Source of the DNA: a phage
Sequence record: OR896157.1
Strand: one strand, 5' to 3'
DNA: 64,000 nucleotides
Made by a program: the position numbers and the translations under genes. The notes beneath the pieces are model-generated. The model saw nothing but the letters and a program-made list of their open reading frames with translations. It ran no database searches and was not told where the DNA came from. Of the stretch, positions 33,635-43,470 are shown one piece after another (the stretch's first letter is position 1; each line of letters starts with the position of its first letter).

Positions 33635-35391
33635 AAACCGAAAACATGAAGACGATGCGTCGGAAGGTTATTGAAGAGGGTCGTAGTGAAAGAGATGCAG
33701 CGAAAGCTGCATCAACTCAAGCCGAATCTTTATCAGTTCTTTCTTCCCAGCTTGATGATTTACAAACTCAAGCTGAGCTTACGTCTGAAGTAATTGAGGA
33801 TAAAGGTAATCAAGTTATTGATGCCTTGAATCGCGTTGACCAAAGCATAATTGATACTACAGCCGGAGCTGAATTAACAGCCGAAGCATCTGAAAGAACT
33901 ACAGAAGCTGTTAAGCAGCAGACTGAAGTATCAAACAAGATTTCAGATAAGCTCAGTAAGCTAACAGAACTTTTAAATGAACGTCTTTCAGCTATCACTC
34001 CGAATCTTCCACAGATATCTGTTCCAGATACATCACTGTCTGTAGTTGAAGATGCAGTACCTGTTGATATAGTGACACCAGGGTTACCAGAATTACTTCA
34101 GGAGTTAATTCCGGACCCGGTCAATAATACCAATAACCCTAATGATGCGTTCTTCCCTACCGTTCCAGAGAACCCAGAGAGTGATTCTAAAAAGGGAGCT
34201 GATGAGGAACGTAAGAAGAAAGACTCTGACACTCTGAGCAATCTGCTTAAAGCGACAAAAAGCGGATTCAAAGCTTCAATGAGCATTACAGACAGAATAG
34301 CTGGAATGCTTTTCAAGTACACTGTAACTGCTGTGATTGAAGCTGCTAAAACAGCTGCACTGCTGTTCTCTATCGTGCTCGGTATAGATGTTATAATGAA
34401 GCACTTCAAGTATTGGTCAGATAAATTCACTTCTGATTTTGATAAGTTCTCCGAAGAAGCTGGAGCGTGGGGAAGCACATTATCATCTATATTTGGAACA
34501 CTTGAAAATATTCAGAAGTTCTGGGAAGCTGGAGATTGGTCTGGATTAACTGTGGCTATTGTAAAAGGCGTAACTGAAATCATTTACAACCTCGGCGAAC
34601 TCATTTCTTTGGGAATGTCAAAAGTGGCTGCTGCTATTCTTTCACTTATTCCTGGTTTAGGAGATGCTGCATTATCTGTTGAAGGAGCTGCATTGGAAGG
34701 TTTCCAAGAAAGAACGGGTAACTCTCTTTCAAAAGAAGACCAAGACACATTAGCTAAGTATCAATCATCTAAGATTGAAAAAGGCGAAAACTTCTTCGAT
34801 AAAGTATCTCAAGGTAAAACTTGGATTGTTAACAAAATAACTGGAGATGCTAACATTTCTGATTTTGTTACAGATGAAGAAAGAGAATCCCAGAATGAAA
34901 AACTTCGTCAGATGAAACCTGAAGAAAGGGAACAAGTTCTGAAGAAAGGGAATGAAGCTCGTGCTGCTATTGTTAGATTTGAAAAATACATGGAACAAAT
35001 CAACCCTGATGATAAACGCTCAGTTGAATCAGCTGATAAAGCATATGCTAATCTTCAAACGCAGTTAAACGACACTGACCTGAATAATTCTCCTGTAACT
35101 AAAAAAGAATTAAGTGCTCGTATGAATATTGTTACTGCTAAGTATGATAAGCTCAAAGGTAAAGAACCTCAGCCTGCTCCATCGTCTCAATCTGAGGATG
35201 TTAAAAAAGTCGAAAGCATTGAGAAGAATAAAGCGGCTAAAGAGGCTTCATTAGGTACTAGTGCTGGAGCTGCTGCGGCTAACTTGTTCAATACAAATAA
35301 CGTCATTAACAACAGTAGAACTATAAATACTGTTAGTCCTGTAACGAGCACTAATGCTCCAGGCGTATTTGGTGCAACTGGTGTTAACTAA
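33631..35391 (+). CDS. 29: baseplate hub / tail length determinator gp29
   Basis: 586 aa vs 590 in T4; ATGA overlap with 28. Confidence 0.9.
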   Translation: MKTENMKTMRRKVIEEGRSERDAAKAASTQAESLSVLSSQLDDLQTQAELTSEVIEDKGNQVIDALNRVDQSIIDTTAGAELTAEASERTTEAVKQQTEVSNKISDKLSKLTELLNERLSAITPNLPQISVPDTSLSVVEDAVPVDIVTPGLPELLQELIPDPVNNTNNPNDAFFPTVPENPESDSKKGADEERKKKDSDTLSNLLKATKSGFKASMSITDRIAGMLFKYTVTAVIEAAKTAALLFSIVLGIDVIMKHFKYWSDKFTSDFDKFSEEAGAWGSTLSSIFGTLENIQKFWEAGDWSGLTVAIVKGVTEIIYNLGELISLGMSKVAAAILSLIPGLGDAALSVEGAALEGFQERTGNSLSKEDQDTLAKYQSSKIEKGENFFDKVSQGKTWIVNKITGDANISDFVTDEERESQNEKLRQMKPEEREQVLKKGNEARAAIVRFEKYMEQINPDDKRSVESADKAYANLQTQLNDTDLNNSPVTKKELSARMNIVTAKYDKLKGKEPQPAPSSQSEDVKKVESIEKNKAAKEASLGTSAGAAAANLFNTNNVINNSRTINTVSPVTSTNAPGVFGATGVN

Positions 35392-35400
35392 GGAATAATC

Positions 35401-36450
35401 ATGGCTATAAGAGCTACAGAAATTCTAGATAAAGATTTCGGCAGTGGAGAAAAGACCTCTGCCGGTCAAAGTTCTATTTCGTCAACTCGAAGAAGTACTA
35501 TAGTAGCTCAATACCCGGCACAACGTGCCGCCGGTAACGATGCTGCAGGAGACCTTCGTGTTCATGACCTTTATAAAAATGGATTGCTTTTTACCGCATA
35601 TGATATGAGTTCAAGAACATCTCCGGACCTTCGTAATATGCGTCAATCCCAATTGAGTAAATCAGCGAGTTCTATTCTTAATAGCCTCGGAATTAAAAAT
35701 AACGGCCAAGTTGATAAATCTCCGATTGCGAATATTTTACTTCCACGTTCTAAATCTGACGTTGAATCAACTTCTCACAAGTTCAATGACGTTGGTGAAT
35801 CATTAATTACTCGTGGAAATAATTCAGCTACTGGAGTATTGAGTAACGTTGCATCCACAGCAGTATTTGGTGCATTAGATTCAGTCACTCAAGGTCTGAT
35901 GGCCGACAATAACGAGCAAATCTATAATACTGCGCGAAGCATGTATGCGGGAGCAGATAACAGAACAAAAGTATTCACTTGGGATTTGACTCCTCGTTCA
36001 GTAGCTGATTTAGTTTCAATTATTCAGATATACGAGTGCTTTAATTATTTCAGCTATGGCGAAACTGGCAATTCAAGTTACGCTAAAGAATTAAAAGGCC
36101 AATTAGATGAGTGGTACAAAACAACTCTGCTGTCTCCATTAACTCCAGATGGAGCTGATTTGAACAACACGATGTTTGAAAATATCACTTCATTCTTAAG
36201 TAACGTTATTGTTGTAACTAACCCAACGGTGTGGTTCATCAGAAACTTTGGTAAGACATCTAAATTTGATGGAAGAACCGAGTTGTTTGGTCCATGCCAG
36301 ATTCAGAGTATTCGCTTTGATAAAACTCCGAATGGTCAATTCAATGGTTTAGCAATTGCTCCTAATATGCCAAGCACTTTTACTCTGGAAATTACTTTCC
36401 GTGAAATCTTGACATTAAGCAGGGCATCACTTTATGCAGAAGGTTTCTAA
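35401..36450 (+). CDS. 48: baseplate tail tube cap gp48
   Basis: 349 aa; position between 29 and 54. Confidence 0.88.
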   Translation: MAIRATEILDKDFGSGEKTSAGQSSISSTRRSTIVAQYPAQRAAGNDAAGDLRVHDLYKNGLLFTAYDMSSRTSPDLRNMRQSQLSKSASSILNSLGIKNNGQVDKSPIANILLPRSKSDVESTSHKFNDVGESLITRGNNSATGVLSNVASTAVFGALDSVTQGLMADNNEQIYNTARSMYAGADNRTKVFTWDLTPRSVADLVSIIQIYECFNYFSYGETGNSSYAKELKGQLDEWYKTTLLSPLTPDGADLNNTMFENITSFLSNVIVVTNPTVWFIRNFGKTSKFDGRTELFGPCQIQSIRFDKTPNGQFNGLAIAPNMPSTFTLEITFREILTLSRASLYAEGF

Positions 36451-37412
36451 TGCTTAATTTAGATGAATTCAACAACCAAGTAATGAACGTTGATTTTCAA
36501 CGTACAAATATGTTTAGTTGTGTATTCGCAACGACTCCATCTGCAAAGTCTCAATTATTGTTGGACCAATTCGGTGGAATGCTTTATAATAACTTGCCAG
36601 TCTCAGGAGACTGGCTTGGATTATCTCAAGGCGAATTTACACAAGGAATTACATCAATTATCACTGCAGGTACTCAAGAACTAGTTCGTAAATCGGGTGT
36701 ATCTAAGTACCTTATCGGTGCAATGACAAACCGTGTTGTTCAATCTTTATTGGGAGAATTTGAAGTTGGTACTTATTTACTTGACTTCTTCAATATGGCT
36801 TTCCCAACATCAGGATTGATGATTTATTCAGCTAAAATTCCTGATAACAGACTGTCACACGAAACAGATTGGCTTCATAACTCTCCGAATATTCGTATCA
36901 CCGGAAGAGAATTGGAACCACTTACATTAAGTTTCCGAATGGATTCTGAAGCAAGCAACTGGAGAGCAATGCAAGACTGGGTTAACTCTGTACAAGACCC
37001 AGTCACTGGATTAAGAGCTCTTCCTGTTGACGTTGAAGCCGATATTCAAGTTAACTTACATGCACGTAATGGATTACCTCATACCGTGTGTATGTTTACC
37101 GGGTGTGTTCCAGTTTCATGCGGTTCACCTGAATTTACTTGGGATGGTGACAACCAAATTGCTGTATTTGACGTTCAGTTTGCTTATCGCGTTATGCAGG
37201 TGGGTGCTGTTGGTCGTCAAGCTGCTGCTGATTGGGTTGAAGATAGGCTTGTTCATGCTATTGGAAATATTTCTGATGACATGGGTCTTGACCCATCATT
37301 GTCAAGACTTAGTAGATTAGGGGGCGCTGGCGGTGGCATTACTCAGATGGGTAATGCAATAGGGCGTAAGACTGGAATGTGGAATAGTACTTCCAAGATA
37401 CTTGGACTATAG
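36450..37412 (+). CDS. 54: baseplate tail tube initiator gp54
   Basis: 320 aa, same as T4; TAATG overlap with 48. Confidence 0.9.
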   Translation: MLNLDEFNNQVMNVDFQRTNMFSCVFATTPSAKSQLLLDQFGGMLYNNLPVSGDWLGLSQGEFTQGITSIITAGTQELVRKSGVSKYLIGAMTNRVVQSLLGEFEVGTYLLDFFNMAFPTSGLMIYSAKIPDNRLSHETDWLHNSPNIRITGRELEPLTLSFRMDSEASNWRAMQDWVNSVQDPVTGLRALPVDVEADIQVNLHARNGLPHTVCMFTGCVPVSCGSPEFTWDGDNQIAVFDVQFAYRVMQVGAVGRQAAADWVEDRLVHAIGNISDDMGLDPSLSRLSRLGGAGGGITQMGNAIGRKTGMWNSTSKILGL

Positions 37413-37417
37413 AAAAA

Positions 37418-37435
37418 GGGAGCCGAAAGGCTCCC
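37418..37435. terminator. bidirectional hairpin GGGAGCC-GAAA-GGCTCCC between gene 54 and convergent minus-strand ORF
   Basis: Perfect 7-bp inverted repeat with GNRA loop. Confidence 0.5.
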
Positions 37436-37441
37436 TTTGTT

Positions 37442-37732
37442 TTATTTACGGAACACCACGAAAGCATTAATAACAACTTCCGAAGACTGCTCAACGTTAG
37501 TTACAGTGATTTTAAACGGAACTTCACCATCGAATTTACCATTCAGAGTATAAGCGATATACCCTTCACATTTATCTTCTGGAATTCCGAACGGTGCCAG
37601 TGGAACCATTTCAACCATTCCTTTAGCAATCTTTTGAATCTCATTAAAGACCATGTTGTTGAATTCGTCAGATACTGGAACTACGCCTTCAACTACAGTT
37701 TCTTGGCCATTCATACGCAGAATCGATTTCAT
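37442..37732 (-). CDS. hypothetical early protein (alt.-1-like position)
   Basis: 96 aa from ATG (MKSILRMNGQ...) with GAGGAG Shine-Dalgarno directly downstream of a conserved early promoter. Confidence 0.6.
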   Translation of the reverse strand: MKSILRMNGQETVVEGVVPVSDEFNNMVFNEIQKIAKGMVEMVPLAPFGIPEDKCEGYIAYTLNGKFDGEVPFKITVTNVEQSSEVVINAFVVFRK

Positions 37733-37759
37733 GATGTTCTCCTCAGTTAGTGTAAGTCT

Positions 37760-37789
37760 ATAGTAACACACTTCCATGTGCGTGTAAAC
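37760..37789 (-). promoter_or_regulatory. T4-type early promoter (GTTTAC -35, TGn-extended TACTAT -10)
   Basis: Minus strand GTTTAC-N14-GTGT-TACTAT; one of 7 near-identical copies in this window. Confidence 0.55.
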
Positions 37790-37791
37790 GG

Positions 37792-39927
37792 TTAAAGAAC
37801 GAACTTCTCTGGAGTGTCTTCAACATCAATCATTGAAGCCAGCAGAGCAAGAATCTTGTTACTTTCCGACGTCTTTGTGGACTTCACAAATCCTTCAAAA
37901 TCAAATGGACCTGATTCAGGCTGAGGTTCGTCACTGTATTCTACTACTTCACCAGTTTCCATCAGAACATCACCGTCATAAACAACAGCTTCGTCTAATT
38001 GGTCAGCAGTCATTACTTCGCCTTGGATGAATTTCTGATTGTCATGCACGAGACCATCACTATAAGAAGCATCTACAATGTTGTTGACTTTCAGCATGGT
38101 ACCACGAGGCAGAATAACTTCCATTTCACCTGACATATTACTTAAGTCGCCAGGATAAACCACGTTAACTTTCTCGCCGCCAGTAATAGCCCAACCAATC
38201 ATGACTCTTGTGCTTTCAGCTTGCTGAACATCTTTAGCTGCATGAACCTCATCAGTAAGACCTAATTCAGCATAAGTCATAGAAGCTAACTTGACAGTTT
38301 CTGCACTGTTATCTGGCTGATTCAATACTGCACGAGTATTATCAGAAGCCATTGCAACCGCTTGGTTACCTTTCCAACCGCCAAAGATAATTGGAGATAA
38401 AGATGTTGAAACATAGTTTCTGAAATAGAATACTCTGTTCTTAACCATAGCTTCAAAAATTGGTTTACGAACTGACTGTGAACGCCATAAGGTAAGTCCT
38501 TCTGGAATTCTGTCGCCGCGTTTAAATGCATCGTCCAAATTTTTGATAGCAGTAGTAACTTCTTTATAAGACAGTGTATCGTAATTGTCAGCTCTATAAC
38601 GACCTAAAAGCATATTGTTGATGTCTGAATAACCGGAACCAACATACTCTTTAATGCCACGTTTTTCTGCATTTGTATATTGAAGAGGCGTACGAGTACG
38701 AGTAATATCTTCAATAGTAGCAGAAACGTTTTTAGCATAACCTTGAAGAGCTGCTTTAATCATTTTGGTACGTTCAATGTTCCAAAGATTGTTAGCCATT
38801 TGCTCTTTATCTTTTGGCTCAAGGTATTGTGGAACTTTAGTCATGATATGTTCCATTGCTTCATGTTTACGTTCTTCTAAAGAGTCCAAAAGAGTTTGAG
38901 TATATGCCTGCATACTCTTAACAGAAGTTAATGGAGCATTGCCAATTCTTGATTCAAGTTCTTTTACGAATCTTTGTTCAAATTTCTCAGATTGGCTCAA
39001 TTTAATCGTAGTCAACGATTTTAAATGGAAAATAGCACCAGTAGCTGCTAATTGAGCAGAACGAGCTTTAGCCGCTTTAGATTCTACTGCATCCTTCAAT
39101 TGCTGAGCTTCTGGAATAGGATTTGCCGTTGCGGGTTTACTGAATTCGGCAGCAGTAGCTTCGTATTTTTCAAATTCTTCTGGGTCATGAATAATGTCAG
39201 AAGTTAAAGATTGACTTGCTGCTACTTGACGACGAGATACCTTAGCACGAGCAATAACAGATTGGTCGGTACGTTTGTCGTTCTCTTGAGCAATAGTAGC
39301 TGCTAACGCTTCTGATTTAGAAACCTGTTTACCTGACTTATTGTTGATGTAAACATCGCCAACATCAGTATCAACCTTGGTGAACTCTTCTGTTGATATC
39401 TCTGGGATGCCAGGGACGGTTGAGAGGTCAACATTCTTACGATGAATAAGAACATACACGTACTTCTTATCGTAATCATAGAGTTCTTTCAGGATAACAA
39501 AACGACCGCCCAAACGACTCATCACCAAACGGTTGATAATCATCTGAACTGCTCGAGCTTGTCCACCCATTTTGCTTTTAGCAATACGGAACATAACTGC
39601 ATCCATTTTGTATTTCTTCACAGTTTGAGATACTAAGTCAAACATGGTAGAAATAACACCCAATGGATTACCACCAAGATTTTTCAGCTTAACCAAAGTA
39701 CCTTTTTCAGATACACCAAGCACAATAGCATGCATCATTTTATCGCCAGGTTTAACGTTCTTGTTAACGTCGCCACCGCCGGTGTAAGAACACATACGAA
39801 GAGCTACTGAACCTTCTGGAGCAGCAATTGCAAAAATCTGTGGAATTTTAGTTTTCGGATAAAGATTAGTGACCGGAAGCATTTCTGAATCCGCGTCAAA
39901 AATCTCATTTAATTGAAATTCGGTCAT
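37792..39927 (-). CDS. alt: Alt ADP-ribosyltransferase (virion-packaged)
   Basis: Start MTEFQLNEIFDADSEMLPVTNLYPKTKIPQIF matches T4 Alt N-terminus; R...STS...EME ADP-ribosyltransferase triad; own late promoter upstream. Confidence 0.85.
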   Translation of the reverse strand: MTEFQLNEIFDADSEMLPVTNLYPKTKIPQIFAIAAPEGSVALRMCSYTGGGDVNKNVKPGDKMMHAIVLGVSEKGTLVKLKNLGGNPLGVISTMFDLVSQTVKKYKMDAVMFRIAKSKMGGQARAVQMIINRLVMSRLGGRFVILKELYDYDKKYVYVLIHRKNVDLSTVPGIPEISTEEFTKVDTDVGDVYINNKSGKQVSKSEALAATIAQENDKRTDQSVIARAKVSRRQVAASQSLTSDIIHDPEEFEKYEATAAEFSKPATANPIPEAQQLKDAVESKAAKARSAQLAATGAIFHLKSLTTIKLSQSEKFEQRFVKELESRIGNAPLTSVKSMQAYTQTLLDSLEERKHEAMEHIMTKVPQYLEPKDKEQMANNLWNIERTKMIKAALQGYAKNVSATIEDITRTRTPLQYTNAEKRGIKEYVGSGYSDINNMLLGRYRADNYDTLSYKEVTTAIKNLDDAFKRGDRIPEGLTLWRSQSVRKPIFEAMVKNRVFYFRNYVSTSLSPIIFGGWKGNQAVAMASDNTRAVLNQPDNSAETVKLASMTYAELGLTDEVHAAKDVQQAESTRVMIGWAITGGEKVNVVYPGDLSNMSGEMEVILPRGTMLKVNNIVDASYSDGLVHDNQKFIQGEVMTADQLDEAVVYDGDVLMETGEVVEYSDEPQPESGPFDFEGFVKSTKTSESNKILALLASMIDVEDTPEKFVL

Positions 39928-39950
39928 TATGAGTCCTCTATTGTTTCTTA

Positions 39951-39958
39951 TATTTATA
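39951..39958 (-). promoter_or_regulatory. late promoter box TATAAATA (minus strand) for alt
   Basis: Reverse complement of tatttata ~25 nt upstream of alt ATG; consistent with Alt being a late virion protein. Confidence 0.55.
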
Positions 39959-39966
39959 GACAATTA

Positions 39967-39982
39967 AAGCCCCGAAGGGCTT
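39967..39982 (-). terminator. AAGCCC-UUCG-GGGCUU hairpin at the stop of the 72-aa ORF
   Basis: Perfect 6-bp stem with UUCG loop on the minus transcript. Confidence 0.45.
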
Positions 39983-40199
39983 AGACTGCAATAATATTCC
40001 TGAAGATTTCAACTTTTCCACCGCCACGAGTAGCAATGACCTCGTGTTTGTTGATTCCTGAAACTCGACCATCTGTAAATGATTCTACTTCACCTTGTGG
40101 GCGGAATGGTAATTCGACCAAGCTCTGTGTTACATTAGCGGCTCGTCCTGAGCCTTCACCTGGGTGAGCAATTGTGATAATCTCTAAATAGAATTTCAT
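39981..40199 (-). CDS. hypothetical protein, translationally coupled to DNA ligase
   Basis: 72-aa ORF whose ATG overlaps the ligase stop (ATGA); Gly-rich. Confidence 0.5.
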   Translation of the reverse strand: MKFYLEIITIAHPGEGSGRAANVTQSLVELPFRPQGEVESFTDGRVSGINKHEVIATRGGGKVEIFRNIIAV

Positions 40200-41641
40200 A
40201 GACCAGTAACCTCATGGAAATCGCCCCAGATATCAGCAAACGTATTTGCTACATCTTTGTCACGACGCATTTTAATTGCAATAGGCAAGAACAGTTTGAC
40301 ATAATCTGTCCGGCCTTCAGCAGCTAACCAACCATTACATTCGGATTCAAGAATACCACCGATGTATTCATTTTTATTCAGCCAAATACGAGTACGGTCT
40401 AACTCGTGCCAATCTGAAATTTTGTCTTTAAGACCTGAACCAGCTTTAACTTTAATCAGACCACATTCTGATTCAAGATAAAAACCACCGGCTTTGCCTG
40501 GTTGTTTACTATGCTCATATATATCAACAATGCGAAGGTCAATCGTAATAACTTCTTTGAACTTATAAAGGTTTTTAGAACGAGTGTTTTCCCAGAAAGC
40601 ACCAATGTTCTTCAGGATAATACCTTCAAGGCCTTCATCAACATATTTGCGATAAATGACCTTGGCTTCATCAAGATTATGAACGATGTGGTTCTCAATC
40701 AGAATCATCTGAGAGTAACCTTTAACCATCAGTTCTAATGCACGGAAGCGAACATCATACGCAAATCCAGATTCTTTACCTTCGGAATAAACAACATCCA
40801 ACGGAACGTAATCCCATACCTGGAATTTCATACCAGCAGCTTCTTTAGCTGAGATAGTTCCTTTCAGAGATTTATTGGCCAACCCGTTTGACATTGTACG
40901 GGATTCTTCTTTGAATTCCTTAGCTTCACTTAACTCAGGTAAATCGCCAAAGATATCGTCCAACGGACCAGCAGGTTCAACGATAGCATGATAAACGAGT
41001 TCACCGTCAATCATTACACCGCCAGGATGGCGTTCACGAGCTTCTTTAGTCATTTCGATGAGCTGTTGTTTCAGCAAATCTAAACCAAGATACTCGTTAC
41101 CAGCACGAGACAGAATTTTTACATCGTCTAATTCATCACCACGGATTTCAGCAAATGCTCGTGCGCCATCAGCCTTCAGCTGCGCAAATGCAGGGAACTT
41201 AATGTTCTTTTTAATGCCTTTTTCATCGTAAGATGAAGCAAGCATTTGAGGTTGTTCAGGAATTAGATTTTTCCATACTTTATTCGCAATACTACGGGAT
41301 GCGCCACAGCGCAAATCACGAAGCAGAACTTTCTTAATAACTTCTGCATCCGCATCAGATGTTTGAGATAAAGCAATTTCAAGTTTTTCCTTTGCGGCAT
41401 TACCGGTCACAACTCGCTTAGCTAATTTTTCTTCTAGCAAATAAAGCATGTCTTCAAGAGTAAGATGAATATCACCTTTAGGTCTCGTATCCCACTTCTT
41501 GATGTAATACTGGAGCTTACCATCATAAGTCATTCTGAATACTCGCTTCAAAAGCTCATTATCTTTATGACGACGAATGATAGCTTCTTTTTCTTTTGTA
41601 GAGCCAATTGAAGCAATTTCATTGATAATATCTAAAATCAT
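40196..41641 (-). CDS. 30: ATP-dependent DNA ligase gp30
   Basis: Start MILDIINEIASIGSTKEKEAI (T4 MILKILNEIASIGSTKQKQAI); KADGAR adenylation motif; GAGGTGA Shine-Dalgarno; 481 aa. Confidence 0.96.
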   Translation of the reverse strand: MILDIINEIASIGSTKEKEAIIRRHKDNELLKRVFRMTYDGKLQYYIKKWDTRPKGDIHLTLEDMLYLLEEKLAKRVVTGNAAKEKLEIALSQTSDADAEVIKKVLLRDLRCGASRSIANKVWKNLIPEQPQMLASSYDEKGIKKNIKFPAFAQLKADGARAFAEIRGDELDDVKILSRAGNEYLGLDLLKQQLIEMTKEARERHPGGVMIDGELVYHAIVEPAGPLDDIFGDLPELSEAKEFKEESRTMSNGLANKSLKGTISAKEAAGMKFQVWDYVPLDVVYSEGKESGFAYDVRFRALELMVKGYSQMILIENHIVHNLDEAKVIYRKYVDEGLEGIILKNIGAFWENTRSKNLYKFKEVITIDLRIVDIYEHSKQPGKAGGFYLESECGLIKVKAGSGLKDKISDWHELDRTRIWLNKNEYIGGILESECNGWLAAEGRTDYVKLFLPIAIKMRRDKDVANTFADIWGDFHEVTGL

Positions 41642-41666
41642 ATTCACCTCGTTTATTGTCCCGAGC

Positions 41667-41690
41667 GGGTATGACAATTATATCATACCC
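41667..41690 (-). terminator. hairpin GGGTATGA-N8-TCATACCC between the 30.1-like ORF and gene 30, containing a possible middle-promoter -10
   Basis: 8-bp inverted repeat; minus strand reads GCTTTAC-N11-TATAAT across it (MotA-box-like). Confidence 0.4.
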
Positions 41691-41699
41691 TTTGTAAAG

Positions 41700-41930
41700 C
41701 TATTGACCGCGATACTCACGAATGAGTTCAGCCAAAGTTCGGTGGTAAAGTACTCCACCATTTTTACGAGTAATGTAGATTGCGCCATTGAACATTGCAT
41801 CAATCATTTCACGTTGCTTTTGATTATCAGCATGAATGTTGCGCGCCTTGAAGAACTCTTCTTTGTTTGCGAAACTTTCAATACGCTTGGTTGCGTCTGT
41901 TTGAGGGAACCATTCAATTACGTTAATCAT
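41700..41930 (-). CDS. hypothetical protein (30.1-like position)
   Basis: 76-aa ORF with ATGA overlap to upstream ORF. Confidence 0.55.
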   Translation of the reverse strand: MINVIEWFPQTDATKRIESFANKEEFFKARNIHADNQKQREMIDAMFNGAIYITRKNGGVLYHRTLAELIREYRGQ

Positions 41931-42790
41931 ACTTTACCTATAGTAGTTTTAGCTGTAGGCTGACGATTCAGATATTCGATACCTGTCCCGATTCCAAAGT
42001 TTGGACGATGCACAGGAAGATTTCCTGGATGCTCATACCACGGCTTATAATCAGAAGGACCTGGATTTACCCATTTCTTTGGAAATTCTGGAAACTTATC
42101 AAATGGCCAATTCGGAGTAGTCTTTTCAACCTTTTTGAATAAGTCGCTCAGCTTATCACCAAGGCTTTCCTGGAATTCGCGCTGATTCATCAGACGCTGA
42201 ACATGTTCCCAGTTATGCACCTTTTCTCCATATTTAGAGGAGGTGTCTCGCTGACCACGAGGCATAAACATGCAATTGACTTCGCCGCCAAAGACTTCAT
42301 AAGCTGAATCTACGTGATGAGGAAGGTCATCAATATAAGCAACAACTCTGTCGCCATATTTTTCTTTTATTTTCTCGAAGAGCTTGGTTTTTGGCTCAGA
42401 GTGGTCGCAGATGAAAGTTTCAAGAAAAGCACCTGGGAACAAAGCGTTCAAGTTGAATTGACGATTCAGTTTAGCATCAACAGAAGTACCAAGCGCAGTA
42501 ACCGCAACGAAGTCATACTTATCTTTCAGAGCATTGACAACTTTCAGAGCATCGTCGTATGCTGCCAGATAGCGAATGAAATCTGAGCAATTATATTTGA
42601 CCATCAGCTGTTGAGCAAATTCTTCGTCTACACCAAACAGATCTTTTGGCGCAACGAATTGGTCATCAATAATCATTTCAAGAATGTGGTGAACAGGCAG
42701 ATTGTACTTCTGAGCGAAGTAAGGCAAGCCTGATTGCCACTTTACTAATACACCGTCTACATCAGTAGAGATAATTGGTTTATTTGACAT
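41927..42790 (-). CDS. HAD-superfamily phosphatase-like protein (30.2-like position)
   Basis: N-terminal ISTDVDGVL resembles HAD motif I (DxDGx); 287 aa. Confidence 0.55.
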   Translation of the reverse strand: MSNKPIISTDVDGVLVKWQSGLPYFAQKYNLPVHHILEMIIDDQFVAPKDLFGVDEEFAQQLMVKYNCSDFIRYLAAYDDALKVVNALKDKYDFVAVTALGTSVDAKLNRQFNLNALFPGAFLETFICDHSEPKTKLFEKIKEKYGDRVVAYIDDLPHHVDSAYEVFGGEVNCMFMPRGQRDTSSKYGEKVHNWEHVQRLMNQREFQESLGDKLSDLFKKVEKTTPNWPFDKFPEFPKKWVNPGPSDYKPWYEHPGNLPVHRPNFGIGTGIEYLNRQPTAKTTIGKV

Positions 42791-42956
42791 TTTTAGCCTT
42801 CATTTTAGCAATCATGTAAGCCGCGATACAAGATTTACCCGGCAGTGATGGTTGTCCAACTCCACTTAATAGAGTAGTTAACTCTCCTACTTTAATACCG
42901 CCTTGATTTAAGCGTTTTAAAACATCAAGACCTTTCATATCATATTTGACTTGCAT
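42780..42956 (-). CDS. small hypothetical protein (58 aa)
   Basis: ORF below the 60-aa track threshold found by hand; A/T-rich third positions; competes with an overlapping 73-aa frame (42935..43156). Confidence 0.3.
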   Translation of the reverse strand: MQVKYDMKGLDVLKRLNQGGIKVGELTTLLSGVGQPSLPGKSCIAAYMIAKMKAKNVK

Positions 42957-43103
42957 AACATTTTCTCAAAGGTTGTGATACTGTTAGCTGGGCCACTTAG
43001 AGTTATCTCTATGAACCCAGGCTGACTTGAAGGACCAATTCTGTATATACATATGGCTAATGTTCTTGCGTATTCCAGAAGGTCCTTCGTTAACCCTCTT
43101 ACA

Positions 43104-43307
43104 TTAAACTGTTTCATAAACTTCGTCATTAGCAGCTTTAAGAGGCTCGATTTCACATTCTAAACGAATATCAGTATTCCCGTCAACCCATTGTACTTCA
43201 TAAGCAGGTTGAACACCATATTCTGGAATTGATTCAGCAGTATCACAGATGACTCCCGGAATACCGCCTTTGCGCAGCTGTACTGGTTGTAAAATGTGGT
43301 ATTTCAT
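43104..43307 (-). CDS. hypothetical protein
   Basis: 67-aa ORF with GGTGG Shine-Dalgarno. Confidence 0.5.
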   Translation of the reverse strand: MKYHILQPVQLRKGGIPGVICDTAESIPEYGVQPAYEVQWVDGNTDIRLECEIEPLKAANDEVYETV

Positions 43308-43470
43308 TCTGCCACCGCATAAGTTAGAATTTGATGAAAGAAATCAGGGCATTCAAGCTGATACTTGACTTCTGTATCAGAGACAGTTACGCCCAGCACT
43401 TCAATCATCGGATTGCTCAACATGCCGCGTTCAAATTCAGGTGCTTTATTAAGAGGAATAGTGATAATCA

